64,000 nucleotides of DNA from Octopus vulgaris (taxonomy: Eukaryota), in the NCBI GenBank assembly GCA_951406725.2, contig OX597843.1, positions 15,872,001 to 15,936,000 of the forward strand. Reading direction: 5' to 3'. The notes under the pieces are model-generated. The model searched no databases and was not told the DNA's origin. It saw only the letters and a list, made by a program, of their open reading frames with translations. Positions 40,493-51,500 of the stretch are shown piece after piece. Both the position numbers and the translations under genes were made by a program. Within the stretch, counting starts at the first letter, position 1, and every line of letters begins with the position of its first letter.

Positions 40493-40703
40493 TTGTGTGT
40501 CTGTGTTTGTCCCCCTAGCATTGCTTGACAACCGATGCTGGTGTGTTTATGTCCTCATTACATAGCGGTTCGGCAAAAGAGACTGATAGAATAAGTACTG
40601 GGCTTACAAAGAATAAGTCCCGGAGTCGATTTGCTCGACTAAAGGCGGTGCTCCAGCATGGCCGCAGTCAAATGACTGAAACAAGTAAAAGAGTAAAAGA
40701 GTA
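40251..40703 (+). mobile_element. SINE family 1
   Basis: Full-length match; directly after the CR1-group LINE tail. Confidence 0.9.
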
Positions 40704-40990
40704 AATTAATCAATATTGTATTCACCCTTGTTGTTTACAACTTCTTCTCAACGTTAAACAAGATTTTCAACACCTCGTTGGTAGAAATCACCTGATTATG
40801 TCTCGAAAAATTGATCCAACCAAGCTCTAAATTCTGCATTAGTATTGAACGAAACTCTGTGCATAGCATTTGAAAGAGATCGAAAGAGGTGGAAATCCAT
40901 TGGTGCCAAATCAGGAGAGTACGGCAGGTGTGGCAGCACTTCCCAGCCATGCGTTTGAATGGCTTCCTTGGTCATATTGGCGTTATTAAG
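40703..40990 (-). mobile_element. Mariner transposase C-terminal remnant
   Basis: GWEVLPHLPYSPDLAPMDFHLFRSLSN motif. A probable terminal repeat lies at ~39651-39685, beyond the LINE and SINE insertions. Confidence 0.8.
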
Positions 40991-41205
40991 ATGGCAAGCT
41001 GGCAACAGCCATTAACATACCAAACAAAATTCTTACTGGCCTTTTATCTTTCTTTAACATTCTGAGTTCAAATGTCGTCAAGGTTGACTGTACATTTCAT
41101 CCTTTCAGGGTTAATGAAATAAATATCATTTGCATATTGGGATCAATAGAAATCGACTTACACTCCCTCTTCCATAATTGCTGGCCTTGTGCTAAAATTT
41201 GAAAC

Positions 41206-41244
<39 letters not shown>

Positions 41245-41247
<3 letters not shown>

Positions 41248-42209
41248 TTTATGTTTGACTTTTGCTTCACATTTGTACAAGTTGGCTCCAAGTCTCACCC
41301 AGAGACCTCAAGAGACAGCAAGTTGGGAGTTCATGTTGGTGTTATGCCTAGGGTGTCATATTTTGGGTTTTGTGCATAGTGTTGTTCTAGAGAATGTTTA
41401 AGAAACCATAAGAAAATTATGTTTGTTTTAAAATTTGAGATTACATAGACAGTATTTTACGTTGGATATGGGCAGTTCCCATGAGCACTATCTTTTGAAT
41501 TTCTGCCATTTTGGAGTTTCCTGGTATCTGAGCTAGGTAGCAATTAGCCCCTTTTGCTATCATTCCCAGGGCACCTATGACAACAGGTATTGTTTTAGTC
41601 TTCAGCTTCCACATTTTGCTGATTTCTATTTCAAGATCTTTATATTTGCTCAGTTTTTGGTAGGTCTTGACAGATACGTTTATATCGATTGGGACAGTCA
41701 TATCAATGAGGAGGCATGTTCTTTGTCTGAAGTCTTTCAATATGATGTCTGGCCTATTCACATCTATCTTTCTGTCAGTTTGAATTGTGAAGTTCCAGAG
41801 GAGTGAGATGTGGTCATTTTCAAGCACTGGAGGTGGTTTATGTTCCCACCAGTTTGATCATGGGGCAAATCCAGGTTTTGCAAATTACCCAGTGAATATA
41901 TAGTGCAACTCTATAATGCCTGTTGAGATACTATGTAGGCCAGTGGATTTCAACCAGGGTTCTGCAGGACCTTAGGGTTCCGCCAGTCCAGTCCAGGGGT
42001 TCCGCAAGAAGTTACAAAACTGTTAAAATCGGCAGTAATTTTTATGTCTCCAGTGTAGATATGTGTGCATAAGACTATTAAATTATTGCACAGGGGTTCC
42101 CCGAACCAGTGGAATGTTTCCTTGGGGTTCCGCTCCAGCAAAAAGTTTGAAAAGCACTGCTGTAGGCGCTAGAAGACTGCACTTGGAGACAACATGATGA
42201 ATGGTTTCA

Positions 42210-42210
<1 letters not shown>
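41245..42210 (-). mobile_element. 5'-truncated R4/Dong-like non-LTR element (restriction-like endonuclease C-terminus) inside a (TAA)n tract
   Basis: ORF 41441-41827 reads LLWNFTIQTD...NRPDII...LIDMTVP...KLSKYKDLEIEI..W...IPVVIGALG, a PD-(D/E)xK RLE signature. (TTA)n tracts on both sides (41208-41244, 42212-42274). Confidence 0.85.
41941..42159. mobile_element. Second copy of the hAT MITE, nested in the R4/Dong-like element
   Basis: Same TIRs and internal sequence. TSD ATGTAGGC / CTGTAGGC (7 of 8 match). Confidence 0.88.
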
Positions 42211-42278
<68 letters not shown>

Positions 42279-42493
42279 AGGTGGCGAGCTGGCAAAATCA
42301 TTTACACATAGAGTGTAATGCTTAACGGCATTTTGCCCATCACTATGTTCTGAGTTCAAATTCTACTGAGGTCAGCTTAGCCTTTCATCCTTTCAGGGTT
42401 GATAAATTAAGTACCACTGAAGCACCAGGGTCGATATAATTGACTGTCACACACCCATAAAATTTCAGGCCTTGCGCTTACAAAAAGAAGGGA

Positions 42494-42510
42494 TTCTTCT
42501 TCTTCTTCTT

Positions 42511-42598
<88 letters not shown>

Positions 42599-42602
42599 TT
42601 AT

Positions 42603-42633
<31 letters not shown>

Positions 42634-42685
42634 TTATTATTATTATTATTATTATTATTTTTTATTCTTCTTCTTCTTCTTCTTC

Positions 42686-42734
<49 letters not shown>

Positions 42735-42793
42735 CATTATTATTATTATTATCATTATTATTATTATTATCATTATTATTATTATTATTATTA
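42494..42793. repeat. Alternating (TTC)n/(ATT)n compound microsatellite
   Basis: Directly visible. Confidence 0.98.
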
Positions 42794-42899
42794 ACACTAT
42801 AATATAGAACAAAAATGCCTTACCCGAGAATCTGTTTCCTAACATAGCAATAAAGCAATTCCCATGCCCCTTCCTCAAAATAGACTTCATGGGAACTTT

Positions 42900-43112
42900 T
42901 CAGAAACGTGCACAAAATGAACTGGTTTTTGTTTTCGTTTTTTTCCTATTTTTAAATCACGTGTAACAGTAAGCGGATGTTGGTTGGTTTGTTGGTTGGC
43001 TCATTAATTCATTTGTTAATCACGTTGGTCAGAGAAGCTATATAAAGGAAGAAAACGCTTTCATTGTACTACAGTTTGTTTGTGAACTTCACCAGCAGAC
43101 ATAACTCGCAAG
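42900..43112 (+). promoter_or_regulatory. Putative core promoter of the 426-aa gene (TATA box, Inr-like site, E-boxes)
   Basis: TATATAAAG at 43039-43047; Inr-like CAGTT at ~43072, about 30 bp downstream; CACGTG at 42958-42963; CACGTT at 43021-43026; AACGTG near 42905. Confidence 0.6.
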
Positions 43113-44393
43113 ATGCCGGAATACCGTCCTCTAGCTGTTGAGCGGCAAGTTTTCTTGATTGGAATATGGCGATCTGTTACTCTAAACGATATTTTCCTGA
43201 AAGAGATTCAAATACAAGAGGAAAAAATTACAGATAAAATCTGTCAACTGCAGTTGTCTCCTTCCGGATTGTTTTTGTTTGCAAAAACAGGAAACTACAA
43301 CACAGGGCTGGAGAATGGAGTTCTGCTGCATAAGATTTACTCAATCGCATCAAAAAAGTCAAAACCAGAGCATCTGTTGTGCATCATTGATGAAGATGAA
43401 GAAGATAAATTTGCTGTCATTTTGCTCCGTTGTAACACTTTGAAAGACAGCTTCCTCATACAGAACACCATGAAAGAACTGTGGGATGTTTGTTTCATGT
43501 CAGAGAAACAGTTTTATATCAAGCGTGAGCCTTGTGGGAGAGTGAAAAGTATGCTGAGAGGATCGTATGGGTCAGATGAAAGTTGGCAGAAAAGCAACAG
43601 TGAAAAATCCGATGAAATATATAATTCTGGGTCTATGATAACGATCGATGACTTCAATAAATATCAGCACGCCACAGAGTCAAACATGACAACCATAAGA
43701 GAACAGCTTGATATGATTTTTTCAGAAATCAACAATGTTAAAGTCTACCTAACGAACACCGACATAACGAATGAAGATAACCTCGAAGACCTCAACAACA
43801 TGAAAGGCATGAAGTATTTGAGAGCGATCGCACATAACAAAGACGGAGATTCAAACAATGAAATCCGAAGTTTGGAAGACTATTTTGATGTAGATGTATT
43901 GAAAGCCAGCAAATTGTCTGACACTGAAAATGAAGAATATATTTTATTACGAAACAACCTCTTAAAAAAATCTCATGACGGCTATTTTCAAGAGAAGCCC
44001 ATACGTTTTAAGCCTGATTATTTACACAGTGACCCACTGTTTGGTAAAACGCGTAAAGGCCATAGTCTGGAGGACTGTCTCAACACGAAGGAAAGCAACA
44101 TGGTGAATAGCCAAATGGAGATAATGGAATCAACCTCGAAAGCTAATTCCGTGGCAAAGGGCCGCAAACCAGGCAACTGGGGATTTTTACAAGAACTTTT
44201 TGATTTGGAATCAAACAGCAAAGAGTCCATAACAAAAAAGAACAGTGATAGGACTTTCACACCTTGTCATGCAAAACCCCTTGATATGGCTTACATGCGC
44301 ACAGGAGTACGAAAACCCATTGAAGAGGTCTACCGAAAGAAAGACAGCCAAGTATTTACCTGGGACGCTGTATACAAACCAAACCACAGTTAA
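43113..44393 (+). CDS. Uncharacterised 426-aa protein in one uninterrupted ORF; N-terminal ~125 aa PTB/PH-like domain, then a polar, probably disordered C-terminal region
   Basis: The only long non-TE, non-low-complexity ORF. ATG in AAGATGC context, 74 bp after the start of a TATATAAAG box. CQLQLSPSGLFLF...LLHKIYSIAS...PEHLLCII...FAVILLRC...LIQNTMKELW follows the strand/helix pattern of PTB domains (judged by eye). No TE motifs. Confidence 0.8.
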   Translation: MPEYRPLAVERQVFLIGIWRSVTLNDIFLKEIQIQEEKITDKICQLQLSPSGLFLFAKTGNYNTGLENGVLLHKIYSIASKKSKPEHLLCIIDEDEEDKFAVILLRCNTLKDSFLIQNTMKELWDVCFMSEKQFYIKREPCGRVKSMLRGSYGSDESWQKSNSEKSDEIYNSGSMITIDDFNKYQHATESNMTTIREQLDMIFSEINNVKVYLTNTDITNEDNLEDLNNMKGMKYLRAIAHNKDGDSNNEIRSLEDYFDVDVLKASKLSDTENEEYILLRNNLLKKSHDGYFQEKPIRFKPDYLHSDPLFGKTRKGHSLEDCLNTKESNMVNSQMEIMESTSKANSVAKGRKPGNWGFLQELFDLESNSKESITKKNSDRTFTPCHAKPLDMAYMRTGVRKPIEEVYRKKDSQVFTWDAVYKPNHS

Positions 44394-45844
44394 GACAGGT
44401 AATTCTGTCGGTTTTTTTACCTCACACTACCTGAAGCCACCTTAATGGACTTCAAAGCTACAACTTGTTAAATGGACAAAAAACAAAAAAAAAACAAAAA
44501 AAAAATTCAAAACAAAAGTAATATTTCAAACAACTTTTTAAATATATTTATTGAACAATATTTGATTGAACTACCTTGTCATATATATACACACACACAC
44601 CAAAAACAAATTGTGAGGACAAATATATATATATATATAATCACATTATATCATATTAAATTATATTATTTATATTATATGTGTGTATGTATGTGTGTAT
44701 ATATATATATATATACACACACACAAGTACATACACATACATACACATAGAAATATATATATGTATACATAGACTCCTACACATATCAGCTGTAATTCAA
44801 AAACAGATGTGCATTAATGCTGTCCAGCTGTCCGAATATCTCTCTAACTTATACTTTGGCCAATGTTGTGACCATATATCTATCTGTGTGTATCTGTGTT
44901 TGTAGAGCAGCCTTGATCTTCAAGGATTTGCGATGGGTAAAATGTACCTCAGTTTTTCGCAGTCCAAACCATGAAAGAAGGAGAACTTTAGATCATATAA
45001 TACCAATGGCTGCCTCCTCCTCCTCCTCTTGTATGAGTCAAGGGACTCTCTAAGTGGACTCTTGCTTCTGTTAAAAATACCAGCTGAGCTTTTTGTGAAA
45101 TCTCATGAAACCTTAAAAAATGACAACAAAAAAAAAAAACAAAACAGAACAATGGATAATGCAATCCAAGGTATACTCAGACAAGAAATTAAGACAGAGT
45201 GGTCGTGATTTGTTCAATCAGACCTCATCTGAGACTAAGAGTCAATAAGAACTATAACAACGAGAAGAACAACAAAAAAGAAATTATGACAACAACAACG
45301 ACAAGAGTTACAACAACGACAAGAATATCAAGAAGGAAAATAACAACAACAATAAAGAATTCCTTCGCCCAGAAATCTACCAAGACTTCAGTCTGTGTCC
45401 TGATTGTTCTGTGACTGTAAGAACTGGTTTTCTCTAAAGCAACCCAGATTCGACTGTAAATCTATGATTTCACATTTTGGTAAAACAATTTCTTTGCAAT
45501 TTTTACCTTATTTTTGTTTCTTTCATTTTTTATTCTTTTTTTTTTTTTAATTTCTCTAGTTTTTTTCCCATCCGTTTTTAATTATTGGTTAACCGAGATG
45601 CGTGACGTCTCTCCCTTGGGACATATATTTTCATTCCCCCCACCTCATATCCCAGCTAAAAAAAAAAAAAAAAATTGAATGTCTAAACAATTTTTGTATT
45701 TTAATCTGTGTGGTCCTGAACTGATCTGAATCTTAATCCCAATTATATTCCTGGTATGTTTCAAATGACATTCTACCCCATCACACACACAAACCCTTAT
45801 GCAACTTATATATTATCAGAGACACCTAGCTAAATACCCACGGG

Positions 45845-45882
<38 letters not shown>

Positions 45883-46158
45883 CGATGTTGATTTCTTTTA
45901 CTTATGATAAAAAAATTTATAGTAATGACAGTAATCATAGTAATTATAATAATGACTTATTTAATTAAAATTGTTTCTTATAATAATAATAATGATAATA
46001 ATAATAATAATGACGATGATTTACTTTTAATTAAGAAATTTTTAATAATAATGATCAAATTCAACTTTGATTAAAAGATTTTTTTCACAATAATAGTGAT
46101 AATAATGAAAATTAAGTTTTTATTTTTAATTAAAAAATTTTTAATAATAATAATAGTA

Positions 46159-46193
<35 letters not shown>

Positions 46194-46494
46194 TGTGATG
46201 ATTGATGATAATAATAGCAATAATAACAATATATGGGTTTTGAACTTAATTACAAGAGCAGAGATTAATTTGTTGGGTTGTATGTGTAGCAGATTTAATT
46301 AATCTATCTTTGTTTCTATGTCTGTCTGTGTGTCTGTACCTATTATTTATTTATTTATTAATTTATTCATTCATGTCTGTTAGTATGTAAGTTTGTATGT
46401 TAAATTGACTAGAAAAGGCTGTGTGATATAAAGTTAAGAATTGTTCAAAGCTGGCTTTTAAACAAATTTAACATCACACAGGTGCACATGTATG

Positions 46495-46534
<40 letters not shown>

Positions 46535-46719
46535 ATGCCATTTTTTTCTCTCTCTTGTTTCTCTCCTTGTTTCTTTTCTGTGTATCTTTCTGTCGAAGAG
46601 CGTACGCTCGAAACGTAAAAGACTTTTTCTATTCCTGAGCACTATACTAATACATTTGTTTGTTTGTACTCCACCTGCCTTCGTCTTTTGTTTATTTTCG
46701 TAAACTTTCCCTTTATATA

Positions 46720-46777
<58 letters not shown>

Positions 46778-46781
46778 TACA

Positions 46782-46817
<36 letters not shown>

Positions 46818-48549
46818 ACACACACACATACATGTGTGTGTGTGTATTTAATTCTACCTTCAATCTCTGTGTCATTTATTTAAGAATTATCATACTCTGT
46901 GTGTCTTTGTCCATTATTCTCTGTTGTCCTGTGATCTCATCAGCCAATCAGTTTCTTTTGCCCTGTTTTCTCTCTCGTTTCCATTATTGAGCTACACTGC
47001 TGTGCAGTGGTCACTCTGGTGCACTCCAAAATTTGCTCAAAGTTATTCCTGCAGGCAGGAAACCGAGCTACTTTCTAACAAGGACAGTAACTCAAAGCAA
47101 GACACGTTTGCCCTTTTTACTAGCTTCAGTCATTTTGACTGAGCCATGCTGGGGCAACACCTTGATAGTTTTCCTTCAAACAAATCAGCACCATTCTTCT
47201 TTTCAAGCCTGGTACTTATTATTGTACTGTTCTCTTTTTGCCCAACTGCTAAGTTACAGGAATGTAAGCAAACCAATTCCAGCTGTCTAGTGGTGGTAGA
47301 GGAAAAACACAAACACATAGATATATACATACATATATACATGCATATATATTTCTACTACTGTTTCTGCTAACCCACACCTTTCCTCCATCTATACAAT
47401 AGCAATAATAATAATAATGATAATAATAATAATAATATGATAATGATGAAAATGATGATGATAATGATAGTAGCAAACATTTAGACTAACAGAAATACTT
47501 TATAGATATTCCTTCTTTAAAGGTGTCTTAAAGTTTGCATAAATTATGCGTTTCTTACTATTATTTATTATTTTTTTTTTTCCGGAAGATGCATTTGCAA
47601 GAGAAGGAATTAGAATTTTCTAGTTTTTCTGAAAAATAAATACATACATATGGCGGGCTTCATTCAGTTTCTGTCAACCAAATCCACTCACAAGGCTTTG
47701 GTTGGCCTAAGGCTATAGTAGAAGAGACTTGCCCAAGGTACCACACAGTGGGACTGAACCCGGAACCATGTTGTTGGTAAGCAAGCTACTTACCACACAG
47801 CCACTCCTGAACCAAAACCCTGAACTGATAGAATAAGAGAAAGAGGGAAGGGCTGGACCCTTAAAGGAAATGAAAAACCCTCGTTATTATTTTTCAGTGC
47901 AGATAAACAGCAGGGCTTGATTAAACGAATTGCGTGTATTTATTATTTTGAAATTATTTCTTATTAATTAGACTAAGAAGGGGAAGTAACCATGCCTTTG
48001 CCGGTTACATTCTCACAATGTCAAGATTGATGTAAATGATATCCACCCTGAACATTTGCTGGTCAATGTCAGGATGCTTTGACATGAGTAGAGAGAGAAG
48101 AGGGCAAGATTCTGCTCTGAATGTCAGCAATAGAAGGAACTTTAGTAAAGAATAACCAAAGACCAAGTGTTGATAGTAAAGCTCAATGCGGTGTTGTAGT
48201 AGCTGCCAGTATTTTACTGACATGTCTTCTATTTATATCAAATCGTTTTAATAGCATCTATAGAGTCGCATCTAGTAAACTAGAATGAAAGCACAGTGTG
48301 CCTCAACAGACTAACTTCTCCCAACTTCTGTAATATATCATCAGCAACAACAAAACATGTTCTACATATTACAACAAATACTTTTATAAATCCTGATAAT
48401 GTCATCATAACATATGAAGCTGTTTTGTTATTATACTTAATCTAGCATTTCCATTCAATTCACTTTTCATTTACAGATTAATGGGAGACACAAAATATAA
48501 CATGAAGTAGATGTGTATTGCAATGTATTGAACAAATATTTTAAGAATG

Positions 48550-51500
48550 GGTACCATGCGGAGTTATAGTTCTATGATGTACCTTAAATGCATAGCTGTA
48601 AAGAGGTACCAGGTGGAGGTACAGTCCTATGATATACCTTGAATGCATAGCTGTAGAGAGGTACCATGTGGAGGTACAGTCCCACGATATACCTTAAATG
48701 CATAGCTGTAAAGAGGTACCATGTGGAGGTACAGTCCTATGATATACCTTGATTGCATAGCTATAAGTAGGTACCATGTGAGGTACAGTCCTATGATATA
48801 CCTAGAAAGCATAGCTGTAAAGAGGTACCATGTGGAGGTACAGTCCTATGATATACCTTTAATGCATAGCTGTAAAGAGGTACCATTTGGAGGTACAGTC
48901 CTATGATATACCTTAAATGTACAACTGTAAAGATGTACCATGTGGAGGTACAGTCCTATGATATACCTAGAAGCATAGCGGTAAAGAGGTACCATGTGGA
49001 GGTACAGTCCTATGATATACCTTTAATGCATAGCTGTAAAGAGGTACCATTTGGAGGTACAGTCCTATGATATACCTTAAATGTATAGCTGTAAGTAGGT
49101 ACCATGTGGAGGTACAGTCCTATGATATACCTTAAATGCATAGCTGTAAAGAGGTACCATGTGGAGGTACAGTCCTATGATGTACACAGAACACTTTGCT
49201 GTAAAAGGTACCATGTGGAGGTACAGTCCTATGATATACCTTGAATGCATAGCTGTAAAGAGGTACCATGTGGAGGTACAGTCCGATGATATACCTTAAA
49301 TGCATAGCTGTAAAGATGTACCATGTGGAGGTACAGTCCTATGATATACCTAGAAGCATAGCTGTAAAGAGGTACCATGTGGAGGTACAGTCCTATGATG
49401 TACACAGAACACTTTGCTGTAAAAGGTACCATGTGGAGGTACAGTCCTATGATATACCTTGAATGCATAGCTGTAAAGAGGTACCATGTGGAGGTACAGT
49501 CCTATGATATACCTTAAATGCATAGCTCTAAAGATGTACCATGTGGAGGTACAGTCCTATGATATACCTAGAAGCATAGCTGTAAAGAGGTACCATGAGG
49601 TACAGTCCTATGATGTACACAGAACACTTTGCTGTAAAAGGTACCATGTGGAGGTACAGTCCTATGATATACCTTGAATGCATAGCTGTAAAGAGGTACC
49701 ATTTGGAGGTACAGTCCTATGATATACCTTAAATGCATAGCTGTAAGTAGGTACCATGTGGAGGCACAGTCCTATGATATACCTTAAATGCATAGCTGTA
49801 AAGAGGTACCATGTGGAGGTACAGTCCTATGATGTACACAGAACACTTTGCTGTAAAAGGTACCATGTGGAGGTACAGTCCTATGATATACCTTGAATGC
49901 ATAGCTGTAAAGAGGTGTACCATGTGGAGGTACAGTCCTATGATATACCTTAAATGCATAGCTGTAAAGATGTACCATGTGGAGGTACAGTCCTATGATA
50001 TACCTAGAAGCATAGCTGTAAAGAGGTACCATGTGGAGGTACAGTCCTATGATGTACACAGAACACTTTGCTGTAAAAGGTACCATGTGGAGGTACAGTC
50101 CTATGATATACCTTGAATGCATAGCTGTAAAGAGGTACCATGTGGAGGTACAGTCCTATGATATACCTTAAATGCATAGCTGTAAAGATGTACCATGTGG
50201 AGGTACAGTCCTATGATATACCTAGAAGCATAGCTGTAAAGGGGTACCATGTGGAGGTACAGTCCTATGATGTACACAGAACACTTTGCTGTAAAAGGTA
50301 CCATGTGGAGGTACAGTCCTATGATATACCTTGAATGCATAGCTGTAAAGAGGTACCATGTGGAGGTACAGTCCTATGATATACCTTGAATGCATAGCTG
50401 TAAAGAGGTACCATGTGGAGGTACAGTCCTATGATATACCTTGAATGCATAGCTGTAAAGAGGTACCATGTGGAGGTACAGTCCTATGATATACCTTGAA
50501 AGCATAGCTGTAAAGAGGTACCATGTGGAGGTACAGTCCTATGATATACCTTGAATGCATAGCTGTAAAGAGGTACCATGTGGAGGTACAGTCCTATGAT
50601 ATGCCTTGAATGCATAGCTGTAAAGAGGTACCATGTGGAGGTACAGTCCTATGATGTACACAGAACACTTTGCTGTAAAAGGTACCATGTGGAGGTACAG
50701 TCCTATGATGTACTCAGAACACTTTGCTGTAAAAGGTACCATGTGGAGGTACAGTCCTATGATATACCTAGAAAGCATAGCTTTAAAGAGGTACCATATG
50801 GAGGTACAGTCCTATGATATACCTTGAATGCATAGCTGTAAAGAGGTACCATGTGGAGGTACAGTCCTATGATATACCTTGAATGCATAGCTGTAAAGAG
50901 GTACCATGTGGAGGTACAGTCCTATGATATACCTTGAATGCATAGCTGTAAAGAGGTACCATGTGGAGGTACAGTCCTATGATGTACACAGAACACTTTG
51001 CTGTAAAAGGTACCATGTGGAGGTACAGTCCTATGATATACCTTGATAGCATAGCTGTAAGTAGGTACCATGTGGAGGTACAGTCCTATGATATACCTAG
51101 AAAGCATAGCTGTAAAGAGGTACCATGTGGAGGTACAGTCCTATGATATACCTTGAATGCATAGCTGTAAAGAGGTACCATGTGGAGGTACAGTCCTATG
51201 ATATACCTAGAAAGCATAGCTTTAATGGAGTACCATGTGGAGGTACAGTCCTATGATATACCTTGAATGCATAGCTGTAAAGATGTACCATGTAGAGGTA
51301 CAGTCCTATGATATACCTTAAATGCATAGCTGTAAAGAGGTACCATGTGGAGGTACAGTCCTATGATATACCTTGAATGCATAGCTTAAAGAGGTACCAT
51401 GTGGAGGTACAGTCCTATGATATACCTAGAAAGCATAGCTTTAAAGAAGTAACAAGTGGATGTACAGTCCTATGATATACCTTGAATGCATAGCTGTAAA

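Noticed and set aside
41441-41827. Stand-alone nuclease (Fanzor/TnpB-like or restriction enzyme)
   Set aside because: The motifs match the C-terminal RLE domain of R2/R4-group retrotransposons; no RuvC motifs are visible.
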